A DNA stretch of 64,000 nt, taken from contig SVEG01000008.1 in assembly GCA_015057505.1 (NCBI GenBank), forward strand, positions 8,682-72,681, in the 5' to 3' direction. The notes under the pieces were generated by a model. It searched no databases and was not told where the DNA came from. It was given only the letters and a program-made list of their open reading frames with translations. Below, in pieces: positions 46,673 to 56,558 of this stretch; position 1 is the first letter of the stretch; each line of letters opens with the position of its first letter. Origin of the DNA: Lachnospiraceae bacterium (GTDB taxonomy: Bacteria; Bacillota; Clostridia; Lachnospirales; Lachnospiraceae). The position numbers and the translations under genes are program-made.

Positions 46673-49348
46673 TTACTTTGTACTGTAATATGATATTCCT
46701 ATAGATTCTATGCCCGAATTGCATGCGCTTGTAAAAGAAGCCTTTTGCATAATGACTCTCTCAAATGGAATACACTTCAGAACCTCTTCCTTTATCCATT
46801 CCTGCTGTTTTACACTACAGCCTACATGAGTAATAACGACAACATCAGCACTTATTTTTCGTTTATCTTTAAGATGCCAGTGTATTCCCTGTCTCCATGC
46901 GTGCTCTACACTTCCTCCGAGAAGTCCCACACAGACTGCTCTTCCCTGTTTCATTCTTACCATGGGATGCAACTTAAATATACTGCATGCCTTGGCCACA
47001 ACACCTCTCATACGACCACCGCGACTGAATATTTCCGCGCCCGGCAAAACAAATCTTGTCTGAATCCTTTTTTTGATTTTTTCAATAGAAGCAATAATTT
47101 CATCCGCATCCTTGCCCTCTGATGCAAGTCTTGCCGCATATAATGCAATAAGTCCCTGTCCGCATGATATTTGTCCCGAATCCACTATACGCACATGATC
47201 AAAGCCTTTCGCTGCAGCAACAGCCGTATTGTAACTGACCCCCGCATTGGCAGACAATGATATATGTATAACGCTTTCCGCCTGTATAAGTGTCTCAGCA
47301 AAGAAATCCTCATATTCTTCTATTGTAACGCCATCGGCATATGCCTTACTGCTTACAGAAGAAATATACTGTCCCAAACTATCAGAATCAATCTCTTTAG
47401 TATCGGCAAATCTACCATGCGGTGTTTTAACATACAAATACATAAGTCGCATATCATATTTATCAATCAGTTCAGCCGGAAGATCGCAGGTACAATCTGT
47501 AGTAATATATATCTTCCGGCGTTTTTTGCCGGAACGCTCCTGCATTCTGCCAAGCTCTGTTGTTTCCGTATATTCCGACTCCCTGTATTCCACAAGTTCC
47601 TCGGGCATAAATTTTAAAACCTCTGCCTCAAGTACCCTTCCCTTGATAGGCTTTTCAACGTATCCATCAAAACCGTGCTTAAAGAATTCTTCTCTTGCTT
47701 CTACCATCGCATTGGCAGTAACAACAATTACCGGTGTCTCCCTGCAAAGGCCGTTTTCCTGTACGCGAAGCTCCTTAAGAGTATCCACACCACTCATACC
47801 GGGCATAAGGTAATCCATTAAAATGACGTTATAGTACTTTTTCTTTGTCATTTCCAGACACTTACTGCCACTATTGGCAATATCCACCTGAACCTTGGTT
47901 CCCTGCAAAAGCCTGCTAAGCAAAAGTGAATTCATTGTATTGTCGTCAACAACAAGCACTCTGGCCTCAGGTGCTTCAAATAACGGCTTGTATTGTTCAC
48001 CGTCAAGTGCCTTCCTGTTGAAAAGATTAACTTCTCCTATCGGTGTTCTATCAACAATCTCCTGCTTAAACCTTACTGTAAATGTACTTCCCTTAGTATA
48101 TATACTATCTACTGTAATCTCTCCGTCAATCAAATCAACAAGGTGTTTGGTAATAGCAAGACCCAAGCCACTTCCGCCGATTCTTCTGTGCGCACTCTCG
48201 TCAGCTCTGTTGAAATAATCATAAATATGGCCTACATCTTCTTTACGAATTCCTATTCCCGTATCAGTAACCATAACGCTTAACATGATTTCATTTCCGC
48301 TACACTTTTCGCCATGCACGGACAAGGTAACAGAACCCTCCTCAGTGTATTTTACGGCATTATCAAGAATATTTAAAAATATCTGTTTTAAGCGTTTTTC
48401 ATCACCCAGCAATGAAGTAGGAAGATTTTTATCTATGTCAAGATAAAGCATAAGCTTTTTCTTTTCCATCCTTGCACGAATCATTTCCACTAAATCACCG
48501 AACAAATCCACCATCTTATATTCCAGCGGAAGAATTCGCATCATCTTCATCTCCATCTGCGACAAATCAAGGATATCATTAACCTGATTAAGAAGCATCG
48601 TACTTGCAAGCTGGATATCATGAGCGCATTCCTTAGTCTGTGCATCTGCATCTGAACGAAGAATCATCTCGTTAAGACCTATAATCGTATTAATGGGTGT
48701 TCTGATTTCGTGACTCATATTTGCAAAAAAAATGTTTTTTGCATTACTTGTCTGCTCAAGTTCTTCCTTTTGGCTGATATTAAGCTTGTGCTCTTCCTCA
48801 AAAGCAAGCAAATGTAACTTCAATATGATTCCGCCAACGAGCCCCGCAACAACAAGTGAAAAATACGAATCTATATAGATAGCCTTCTGCGACGGCATGG
48901 TTGCAACAGTCTCAGGAAAAACATAAGCCAAAATATACGTTGCCGCATAAGACAAAAGGCATATAGCCAGATAAAACCAAAGCTTTTTACCGGAAAACAT
49001 TACAAAAATATACATTATTCCCAAAGTCAACCATATCGAAGCTCCACTTACAGCTCCACCTTTTGCGTAGAATAATTCCGGGAACACTATAACAATAACA
49101 ACAATCCCCAAAAGTCCCGCAGCCAAATCATACTTATGATATTTAAATGCCGCAAACTGACATACTATCATCGTAATAAGCATCAGAATAATAAACGGAA
49201 GTATATCCTTTGCCGCATGCATAACCACAAATATCTCTACAATACCGACAATCGCTGCCAGACCGCCCACAAGAACAATCGTTCTAAGCATTCTTTCGCG
49301 AAGATCGCAATCCTCTCCGCGCACCAATCGGACTATTTTTTTCCACAT
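46673..49348 (-). CDS. Membrane hybrid histidine kinase - receiver - DegV domain fusion
   Basis: About six TM segments. HisKA (SHEIRTPINTIIG), HATPase (DTGIGI, GGSGLGLAI), REC (VLVVDDN...MDYLMPGMSG...VTANA...KP). The C-terminal 280 aa is colinear with the DegV family (YITTDCTCDLP..., HISLSANAGVSYNTA, IVDSGQISCGQG, SRGGRM). Confidence 0.85.
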   Translation of the reverse strand: MWKKIVRLVRGEDCDLRERMLRTIVLVGGLAAIVGIVEIFVVMHAAKDILPFIILMLITMIVCQFAAFKYHKYDLAAGLLGIVVIVIVFPELFYAKGGAVSGASIWLTLGIMYIFVMFSGKKLWFYLAICLLSYAATYILAYVFPETVATMPSQKAIYIDSYFSLVVAGLVGGIILKLHLLAFEEEHKLNISQKEELEQTSNAKNIFFANMSHEIRTPINTIIGLNEMILRSDADAQTKECAHDIQLASTMLLNQVNDILDLSQMEMKMMRILPLEYKMVDLFGDLVEMIRARMEKKKLMLYLDIDKNLPTSLLGDEKRLKQIFLNILDNAVKYTEEGSVTLSVHGEKCSGNEIMLSVMVTDTGIGIRKEDVGHIYDYFNRADESAHRRIGGSGLGLAITKHLVDLIDGEITVDSIYTKGSTFTVRFKQEIVDRTPIGEVNLFNRKALDGEQYKPLFEAPEARVLVVDDNTMNSLLLSRLLQGTKVQVDIANSGSKCLEMTKKKYYNVILMDYLMPGMSGVDTLKELRVQENGLCRETPVIVVTANAMVEAREEFFKHGFDGYVEKPIKGRVLEAEVLKFMPEELVEYRESEYTETTELGRMQERSGKKRRKIYITTDCTCDLPAELIDKYDMRLMYLYVKTPHGRFADTKEIDSDSLGQYISSVSSKAYADGVTIEEYEDFFAETLIQAESVIHISLSANAGVSYNTAVAAAKGFDHVRIVDSGQISCGQGLIALYAARLASEGKDADEIIASIEKIKKRIQTRFVLPGAEIFSRGGRMRGVVAKACSIFKLHPMVRMKQGRAVCVGLLGGSVEHAWRQGIHWHLKDKRKISADVVVITHVGCSVKQQEWIKEEVLKCIPFERVIMQKASFTSACNSGIESIGISYYSTK

Positions 49349-49351
49349 ACA

Positions 49352-52108
49352 CTATCTCTCCCTGCCTGACAGTTTATTCTTAATCCGTACCACATTCTCA
49401 ACCGCCGAAATATAATCCGACATTTCTATCTTCCTATATATCGGCTCAAGCAATTCCTTAAGTTCTTTTCCTCCGTACTGATACTTTTGGAGTTCCTTAA
49501 TATAGCCGGCAAGCTTTTCACCGTCCAACAAATACATTACCTGTTCCATCTCTGAAACAATTCTTTCAAATTCACTTTCCTCAAGCACAGGCAGCTTAGA
49601 CATTTCCTCCCGTCTGTCGCAGGTACTTTCTGCATTCGGATTTATGATTTTACTCTCACGAAGTTTCTCGAAGAAATCGTTATAAGCTTTCATAAAAGCT
49701 TCATGATTTTCCAAAATATATTCGATGAGTTCTTTTTTACCTGCCTGCTCAAGAAGTGCCGCGCGTTCCGATATTACATCAGCACCGATGCTTCTCATTG
49801 CCCCCTTTATTCCATGAACTGCTATCGTATAATTCTTCCAATCCTGTTTTTCAAAAGACTGCTCGGCAAATTTACCTATTTCATCACCATCTGCACAATA
49901 GCCCTTCAATACGTTAAAAAAGTTCTCTTCACCGTTACAATAAAAAATTCCCTTTGAGACATCTATTCCGAGTGCAGCAAACGATTCATCCTCCTTTGCG
50001 ACATTACCATCTTCTTTCTTACTGTCATCAATTTTATCCTCACCGCAAATAATTCTCTCCGGTATAATATGCCTTTTTAAAACTCTTTCAAGAACCGATC
50101 TTTCTATGGGCTTCTCCAAGAAATCATCAAAACCCTCGTTAATCATCATCTCTCTGGTTCCTGCAACTGCATTGGCCGTAAGTGCAATAATCGGCACTCT
50201 CTGATAATATGTGCCCGGTATTCTTCTGATACGGTGCATCGTCTCCACACCGTCCATTTCCGGCATCATATGATCCATAAATACAAAATCATAATCTGTC
50301 GCCATAATCTTCTCAAGAGCCTCTGCCCCACTCATTGCAGAAGTCACATTTATCTTATAATTAGAAAGAAGTCCCTCTATTACTCTGAGATTCATCCTAT
50401 TATCATCTACAACAAGAACATGCACACCTTTTGTTACAAATCGTCCTGACTTTTCATTTTTCATCTTACCCGGTGTGTCATAAAGACCGTTAAGTACTCT
50501 TACAATTGTCTGGATATAAAAAGGCTTAACAATCTTTAATATATTCTTGTTATCTACATCTTTTTCCTCAAAACGGTCAAGTATAACTACAAGCTTTGTC
50601 CTGTCGGACAACTCATCAAAATACTGTTTTTCAGCGCTGTATTCTGCCATACTGATGAAAACATGTGAAAAATCGTCAATCTTTTCTCTTCGCTGTAATT
50701 CTGCAAAATTCTTGCATATATGGCACTTTCCTCTAAGCTGGTCAACCATATTCATAATACTGTTGGAATATTCATCCCTGATTGCCACCATATCAAACTG
50801 TTCCATATCGATATATACGGCAACATTAACTTCTGCCTTATTATCAATTGCCGCTATGGGAGTTTCATCAAGTACCTTCTGCGGTACTACAAATTTGATT
50901 GTGGTTCCTCGTCCCGTTCTGCTCTTAACAGTTATAACACCACCCATTTTATGTACAAGAGCATGCGAAATTGCAAGTCCGAGTCCAAGACCACCCTCCT
51001 GGCGTTTTCTGCTGGCATCAACCTGATTGAAGCTTACAAACAACTGCTCAAGTCCGCTTTCATCCATACCGATTCCTGAATCCTTAACAGAAACCATAAG
51101 GTTTATTCCATAAGCTTCTTTTCTGTAACCTACTGAAATACTTACAAAACCAGAATCTGTAAACTTGATGGCATTGTCCACAAAATTCATTATTACTCTT
51201 CTGATTTTCTTCTCATCACCTTGCAATACGCTCGGAAGAGTTGCATCACAGTCTACAATAAGTTCTAGCTGCTTATCATTTTTTCTTGCGGTAGCCATAT
51301 TAATAACATCATTTATGGTTGAAGTAATGTTATACGCCTCTTCCTCAAGTGCAATATTCCCCGACTGCAATTCGGAAAAGTCCAAAATATCACTTACCGC
51401 CGTCGTAAGATTACGTCCCGCAAGCTGAATATTTACTATATCTTCTCTTATATGAGCCGGCAAATCTTCCTTCAAAATTATCTCACTGATTCCGCATATA
51501 GTATTAATCGGCGTTCTGATTTCATGATTTACATTCGCAAGAAAATCATCTTTCCTGTTTTCTACTTCTTTTAATTCTTCAATTGCTCTCAAAAGACTTT
51601 TACTACCGTCACTGTTTCTTTTTACCCATACATACATTACATATTCAAGCAAAAACAAATTACCGATTTGTGATAAAAACAACAAAATATCATCCGTCGT
51701 AGCAAGCGGTACGTCCTTAAGAATAAAACCATGTACAAAAAAAATTATCACAGTTGAAAATACAGTGTAATAGATAACCGTACTTTCTCCATACAATCCT
51801 ACAAACACAACAAATGCCGCAAATACAGGAAGTACCAATGAAATCCCATCCGAACAAAGAGTATATACTACGACTCCCATCTGCATAATCGCAACAGATA
51901 CCTTGACTCTGAACAAATAATCTCTGCATTTGCTTACACATATAAGCCATGCAAAAAAAAGACCTGCTATCAACACATACTGAACCCAGCTGTCCCAGCC
52001 ACGTCTTACGGCTGCCATAATCATATAAATCGCATATATCGAATATATGAACATCAGGAAAACCTCTGTTTTTCTTCTGTTGTCATTATCGTAAATAAGT
52101 TTTTCCAT
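49352..52108 (-). CDS. Membrane hybrid histidine kinase with pseudo-receiver, receiver and Hpt domains
   Basis: Multi-TM N-terminus. NHEIRTPINTICG, DSGIGM, GGLGLGLAI. REC (VLVVDDNRMN..MDHMMPEMDG..LTANA). Hpt (IAVHGIKGAMRSIG). ATG at 52108 after GGAGG. Confidence 0.88.
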   Translation of the reverse strand: MEKLIYDNDNRRKTEVFLMFIYSIYAIYMIMAAVRRGWDSWVQYVLIAGLFFAWLICVSKCRDYLFRVKVSVAIMQMGVVVYTLCSDGISLVLPVFAAFVVFVGLYGESTVIYYTVFSTVIIFFVHGFILKDVPLATTDDILLFLSQIGNLFLLEYVMYVWVKRNSDGSKSLLRAIEELKEVENRKDDFLANVNHEIRTPINTICGISEIILKEDLPAHIREDIVNIQLAGRNLTTAVSDILDFSELQSGNIALEEEAYNITSTINDVINMATARKNDKQLELIVDCDATLPSVLQGDEKKIRRVIMNFVDNAIKFTDSGFVSISVGYRKEAYGINLMVSVKDSGIGMDESGLEQLFVSFNQVDASRKRQEGGLGLGLAISHALVHKMGGVITVKSRTGRGTTIKFVVPQKVLDETPIAAIDNKAEVNVAVYIDMEQFDMVAIRDEYSNSIMNMVDQLRGKCHICKNFAELQRREKIDDFSHVFISMAEYSAEKQYFDELSDRTKLVVILDRFEEKDVDNKNILKIVKPFYIQTIVRVLNGLYDTPGKMKNEKSGRFVTKGVHVLVVDDNRMNLRVIEGLLSNYKINVTSAMSGAEALEKIMATDYDFVFMDHMMPEMDGVETMHRIRRIPGTYYQRVPIIALTANAVAGTREMMINEGFDDFLEKPIERSVLERVLKRHIIPERIICGEDKIDDSKKEDGNVAKEDESFAALGIDVSKGIFYCNGEENFFNVLKGYCADGDEIGKFAEQSFEKQDWKNYTIAVHGIKGAMRSIGADVISERAALLEQAGKKELIEYILENHEAFMKAYNDFFEKLRESKIINPNAESTCDRREEMSKLPVLEESEFERIVSEMEQVMYLLDGEKLAGYIKELQKYQYGGKELKELLEPIYRKIEMSDYISAVENVVRIKNKLSGRER

Positions 52109-52133
52109 ACAAAAAACCTCCTGCCATTTGCAT

Positions 52134-52167
52134 AAAAAGCATACCGGGGGCAAACCGGTATGCTTTT
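52134..52167 (-). terminator. Intrinsic (bidirectional) terminator after the MCP gene
   Basis: GCATACCGG tttgcc CCCGGTATGC flanked by A and T runs. Confidence 0.75.
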
Positions 52168-52179
52168 TGTTTATATCCC

Positions 52180-53448
52180 TTAAAGAGTTTCTTCTTTCTC
52201 AAGCTTAAACATTGAAATAAGATTACTTACTCTTGCTGCCTGATTTGTAAGTTCAACGCTTGCTGCCGCACACTCTTCACTTGTTGCTGAGTTAGTCTGT
52301 ACAACCTGTGACACCTGCTCAACAGCCTGATCAATCTGTGCTATTGCACTTGCCTGATAATTTGATGCCTCAGCAATTTCCGTAATGAGTTTTTCACTCT
52401 GTTCAACAGCCTTTGTAATCTCTTCCAGAGCCTTTGCAGTTTCGCCTGCAATTATACCGCCGGAAACAACCTTACGAATAGAATCCTCTATCATCTCTTC
52501 TGTCTCAGATGCAGCCGAAGCACTCTTTGCCGCAAGATTTCTTACTTCATCAGCTACAACCGCAAAACCTTTACCTGCTTCTCCCGCTCTTGCCGCTTCA
52601 ACTGCAGCGTTAAGTGCAAGAATATTAGTCTGGAATGCAATATCATCAATAACTTTTATAATCTTGGAAATTCTCTCGGATGAATTATTGATATCATCCA
52701 TCGCAACGATCATCTCCTGCATTTCCTTATTACCTTCTTTTACTGTTTCAATTGCTTTGCCAACCAAATCAGCGGCCGCATTAGCCTGTATGGCGTTATT
52801 TCTTGTTTTCTCTGCAACATCCACAATAGATGCCGTAATCTGCTGAATTGCACTTGCCTGCTCTGTAGAGCCTTCTGCCAAAGCTTCGCTGGCATTGGAA
52901 ACCTGACTTGCACCTACAGAAACCTGATGTGCAGCATCTTTTACATTACTAATAGCATTGCTGTTACGCTCCACCAATAATTTAAGAGCATTACCTAATG
53001 TATCATCCTCTGACTTAGGCTCAACAACCACTGTCATATCACCGTCTGCAACTTCCTGTACAACCTTTGCCTGTTCATCAATATTATCAACGATTGCCTG
53101 AATATCATTGATAAGCTTTCCAAATTCATTGCTACCCATTTTCTTAAGAGTAATATCTGTTTTACCCAACGCCAATGCACTTGATGCCTTATTAATCTCA
53201 GCAAAAGCTTTTTTGATTGTACCGAGTAGTGTAATTGCAATTCCGCTTGTACAAATTATCATAAGAATAAAGAAAAGTGCCGTTGTATATGCATATTTAC
53301 TTAAATAAGCTTCCGGATCTGCCACTATAAGCATTTTACTTGCCGACTTATAGCCAACATACAAAGACATAATCATTACTATATCAATTACAATAAAGCC
53401 AATTAACAACTGCGTTGTTATTTTCATACTTTTTGAAACAATTTTCAT
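52180..53448 (-). CDS. Methyl-accepting chemotaxis protein with minimal extracytoplasmic loop
   Basis: Two TM segments about 25 aa apart, HAMP, and the conserved signalling hairpin ([37 protein letters not shown]). Confidence 0.92.
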   Translation of the reverse strand: MKIVSKSMKITTQLLIGFIVIDIVMIMSLYVGYKSASKMLIVADPEAYLSKYAYTTALFFILMIICTSGIAITLLGTIKKAFAEINKASSALALGKTDITLKKMGSNEFGKLINDIQAIVDNIDEQAKVVQEVADGDMTVVVEPKSEDDTLGNALKLLVERNSNAISNVKDAAHQVSVGASQVSNASEALAEGSTEQASAIQQITASIVDVAEKTRNNAIQANAAADLVGKAIETVKEGNKEMQEMIVAMDDINNSSERISKIIKVIDDIAFQTNILALNAAVEAARAGEAGKGFAVVADEVRNLAAKSASAASETEEMIEDSIRKVVSGGIIAGETAKALEEITKAVEQSEKLITEIAEASNYQASAIAQIDQAVEQVSQVVQTNSATSEECAAASVELTNQAARVSNLISMFKLEKEETL

Positions 53449-53454
53449 AACCTT

Positions 53455-53955
53455 TTATTCTCCTTCTTCTGCATTCTCTTCATTTGTCTGCTCTGCAACG
53501 GATAAATCTTCATCCTTAAGCAATTTGTCCGGATCAAGTAACAATTTGACACTGTCTCCGACCTTACCGATACCATACACATATCTGCTCTGTGTCTTAT
53601 CTTCGTTGCCGAGTGTCGGAGGGTCTAAAATATCCTCCTGAGTAATCTTTACAACCTCAGCCACTTTGTCAACTATAAGTCCCGCTACCGTTCCCTTTAC
53701 ATTAACAATAACAATGCAAGTTCTGTCCGTATATTCCTTTGGCTCCTGCTTGAAGCGGATTCTTACATCCATTACCGGTATAATTTTACCTCTAAGGTTA
53801 ATCAAACCTTTTATGTAATCTTCGCTCTCGGGGATCTGAGTTATTTCCTGATATACAATAATCTCATTCACATATTTAATCTCAAGTGCAAAACACTCAT
53901 TTCCCGAATAAAAGGTTACATATGTATCCTGCTGTGTTTCTGCCTGCACGCTCAT
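53455..53955 (-). CDS. cheW: Chemotaxis coupling protein CheW
   Basis: 166 aa with CheW-like pattern (GLINLRGKIIPVMDVR). Confidence 0.9.
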   Translation of the reverse strand: MSVQAETQQDTYVTFYSGNECFALEIKYVNEIIVYQEITQIPESEDYIKGLINLRGKIIPVMDVRIRFKQEPKEYTDRTCIVIVNVKGTVAGLIVDKVAEVVKITQEDILDPPTLGNEDKTQSRYVYGIGKVGDSVKLLLDPDKLLKDEDLSVAEQTNEENAEEGE

Positions 53956-53976
53956 ATATACCTTTTCCTTTCTGTT

Positions 53977-56130
53977 TTATGATTTGTATTCCACAAGTCC
54001 GTTTGCATCCAAAATAAGAGCAATGCTTCCGTCTCCAAGCTGCGTACAGCCTGATAGACCTTTTATCTTCTTGATATATTCGGGAATCGGTTTTACAACG
54101 ATTTCCTGCTTGCCCACAAGTTCATCCACAAAAAGACATAATTTCTTATCTTCCACGCTAACTACAATCAACATGCCTTCCTCGGCTTCCGGATTATATC
54201 CGTCAATCTGATAAAGCTCTCCGACACGAACTACCGGATATGCTTCCCCTCGTATCATAACGAACTCTTCTCCGCCCGGATTCTTAATAAAGACATCCTC
54301 TTTAACTCCGATAAACTCCTGCACTGCATTTGTCTCAATAACAAATGAGGATTTACCGACAGACATTACAATTCCGTCAATTATCGCAAGCGTAAGCGGT
54401 ATCTTCATAATCATGGCACTTCCCTGACCGGGAGTACTTTCTATCTCAAGTGTTCCGCCGATTGCTTTGATATTGGACACTACAACATCCATGCCTACGC
54501 CACGTCCCGAATATTCCGTAACCTGTTCTTTGGTAGAAAAACCGGGAAGCGTAATAAACTGGTATACTTCCTTATCCGTATACGCACTGTCAGGCTTGTA
54601 ATAATCAAGAAGTCCCTGCTTTCTTGCCTTGGCAATAATAGCATCCCGATTAAGACCTTTGCCGTTATCCTGCACACTAATCCAAACCTTACCGGACTCT
54701 GTCTTGGCCTTTAATGTAACCTTACCCTTCTCGGTCTTACCCTTTGCCGCACGTTCATCAGGCATCTCTATTCCGTGGTCAACAGAATTCCTTACAAGAT
54801 GCATAAGCGGGTCTGCTATATGCTCTATTACATTCTTATCAACCTCGGTCGTGTCTCCAATCATCTCAAATTCAATATCCTTACCAAGCTTTCTTGATAC
54901 ATCAAACACAATACGATTCATCTTCTGGAACGTATTCGTGAGTGCCATCATTCGCATACTCATGATTGCATTCTGAAGCTCCGTGGATATCTTTGACATC
55001 TGTCTTGCTGACTTATTAAAATTCTCAAGTGAAAGTCCCGGGACCTTAAGATCCGAGCTCTGAAGCACCATGGATTCCGCTATAACAAGCTCTCCGATCA
55101 AATCCATAAGTACATCCATCTTTTGAACATCAACACTGATAAATGTAGCTTTTTCCTGCTTTTTAGGCTTATCCTTTGCAAGCTTCTTGCCCTTACCGAC
55201 TTCCTTAGACTCAATGACAAAATCACCGGGAGCCATAGGTTTTTGCGCCTGTTTTTGGATAATCGCCTGTTCTTCCGGTGTTTTTTCAGTCTGATTACCT
55301 TCCGGCTGTTCGCCTGCAATTCTTATCTCCGTACCAAAACTGTCAAATCCCTTCTGGAACTCACTTGCGCTACACTCGTAAATATCAACCTTTTGAAGTT
55401 CATAACCTACTTGGATGAGCTCATGAAGCTTGTCCTCACTGCATTGAGCCTGTAATAAAATCTTAAAACCGTTGTCTAAGATTTCTTTCTCACTGTTCAC
55501 ATCCGAAACAATGTCTTCCGGATAATGAAGCAAATCCTCGGCAATTTCCTTAAGTGAATATACAATCTTATATGCATGTATATTCGCAAGCTGAACATCA
55601 GGATTAAAAGTCAGATAAATCTTAAAGAAATGACTTGCACTTGTTGCCATTGGCGCAATATAAAATTGCTGCGGTGCAACATACACATTCTCCTTGATAT
55701 TCTTTTCCTGCTCACCGTCACCGCTCTTTATCTTTGTCAGGAATGCATCAACTGCTGCAACAATCTCACCCGCATCACCATCAGGTGTTCCGCCGTCCTG
55801 AATCTTCATCATCTCAGACGTAATAAAATCAGCTACCTGCAAAACATGCTCAACAAGTTCAAGATGAGGCACATTTGTTGGTTTAGACTCCCTGAGATAA
55901 TAAAATACATCTTCAAGCTTATGTGATGCCTTTGTGATTTCGTCAAACATCATAACTCCCGAAGAGCCCTTTATCGTATGCATCGTACGGAATATCTCGT
56001 TAATAGCATCCTCATCAAAACACTCTTCGTCCTTCTGTTCCAGCACAATGTCCTGAAGCCTTTCAAGCAGCTGACTGTTTTCAAACAGGTATACGTCAAG
56101 CATTCCCTGCATATCAAAATCTCCTGCCAT
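53977..56130 (-). CDS. cheA: Chemotaxis histidine kinase CheA
   Basis: P1 Hpt (FRTMHTIKGSSG), HATPase (HLVRNSVDHGIE, GRGVGMDVV), C-terminal CheW-like P5 domain. Confidence 0.93.
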   Translation of the reverse strand: MAGDFDMQGMLDVYLFENSQLLERLQDIVLEQKDEECFDEDAINEIFRTMHTIKGSSGVMMFDEITKASHKLEDVFYYLRESKPTNVPHLELVEHVLQVADFITSEMMKIQDGGTPDGDAGEIVAAVDAFLTKIKSGDGEQEKNIKENVYVAPQQFYIAPMATSASHFFKIYLTFNPDVQLANIHAYKIVYSLKEIAEDLLHYPEDIVSDVNSEKEILDNGFKILLQAQCSEDKLHELIQVGYELQKVDIYECSASEFQKGFDSFGTEIRIAGEQPEGNQTEKTPEEQAIIQKQAQKPMAPGDFVIESKEVGKGKKLAKDKPKKQEKATFISVDVQKMDVLMDLIGELVIAESMVLQSSDLKVPGLSLENFNKSARQMSKISTELQNAIMSMRMMALTNTFQKMNRIVFDVSRKLGKDIEFEMIGDTTEVDKNVIEHIADPLMHLVRNSVDHGIEMPDERAAKGKTEKGKVTLKAKTESGKVWISVQDNGKGLNRDAIIAKARKQGLLDYYKPDSAYTDKEVYQFITLPGFSTKEQVTEYSGRGVGMDVVVSNIKAIGGTLEIESTPGQGSAMIMKIPLTLAIIDGIVMSVGKSSFVIETNAVQEFIGVKEDVFIKNPGGEEFVMIRGEAYPVVRVGELYQIDGYNPEAEEGMLIVVSVEDKKLCLFVDELVGKQEIVVKPIPEYIKKIKGLSGCTQLGDGSIALILDANGLVEYKS

Positions 56131-56145
56131 TTATTGCTCCTTTCT

Positions 56146-56538
56146 CTATACCAGACCGAATTTTTTTAATGCCTGTTCAAATCTTTCCTGGTCAATAGGC
56201 TTGCCCGAATAAACCGTACATCCGAGTTCAAATGCCATCTTGACATTTTGTTCATCATTAAGTGCTGTGGTCATAATCACCTTGACCGCTTTCTCCTGCG
56301 GAATATTACGTTCCTTCTCCAAATTACGAATACCCACAAGTGCCTGATATCCGTCCATAACCGGCATCATGATATCAAGACATACAAGGTCATACGGCTC
56401 GTCATCCTCAAGTGCCATCATAAACGCATCCACTGCTTCCATTCCGTCCACAGTGACATCACACTCACCATATTTTGATAAAAACCCCGCCATAAATTTT
56501 CTCGTTACAAAATCATCTTCTGCTAATAAAATCTTCAT
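56146..56538 (-). CDS. cheY: CheY-like single-domain response regulator
   Basis: 130 aa REC (ILLAEDD...CLDIMMPVMDG...TTA...KP). Confidence 0.85.
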   Translation of the reverse strand: MKILLAEDDFVTRKFMAGFLSKYGECDVTVDGMEAVDAFMMALEDDEPYDLVCLDIMMPVMDGYQALVGIRNLEKERNIPQEKAVKVIMTTALNDEQNVKMAFELGCTVYSGKPIDQERFEQALKKFGLV

Positions 56539-56558
56539 AAGTCTTTCCTCTCCACCAT

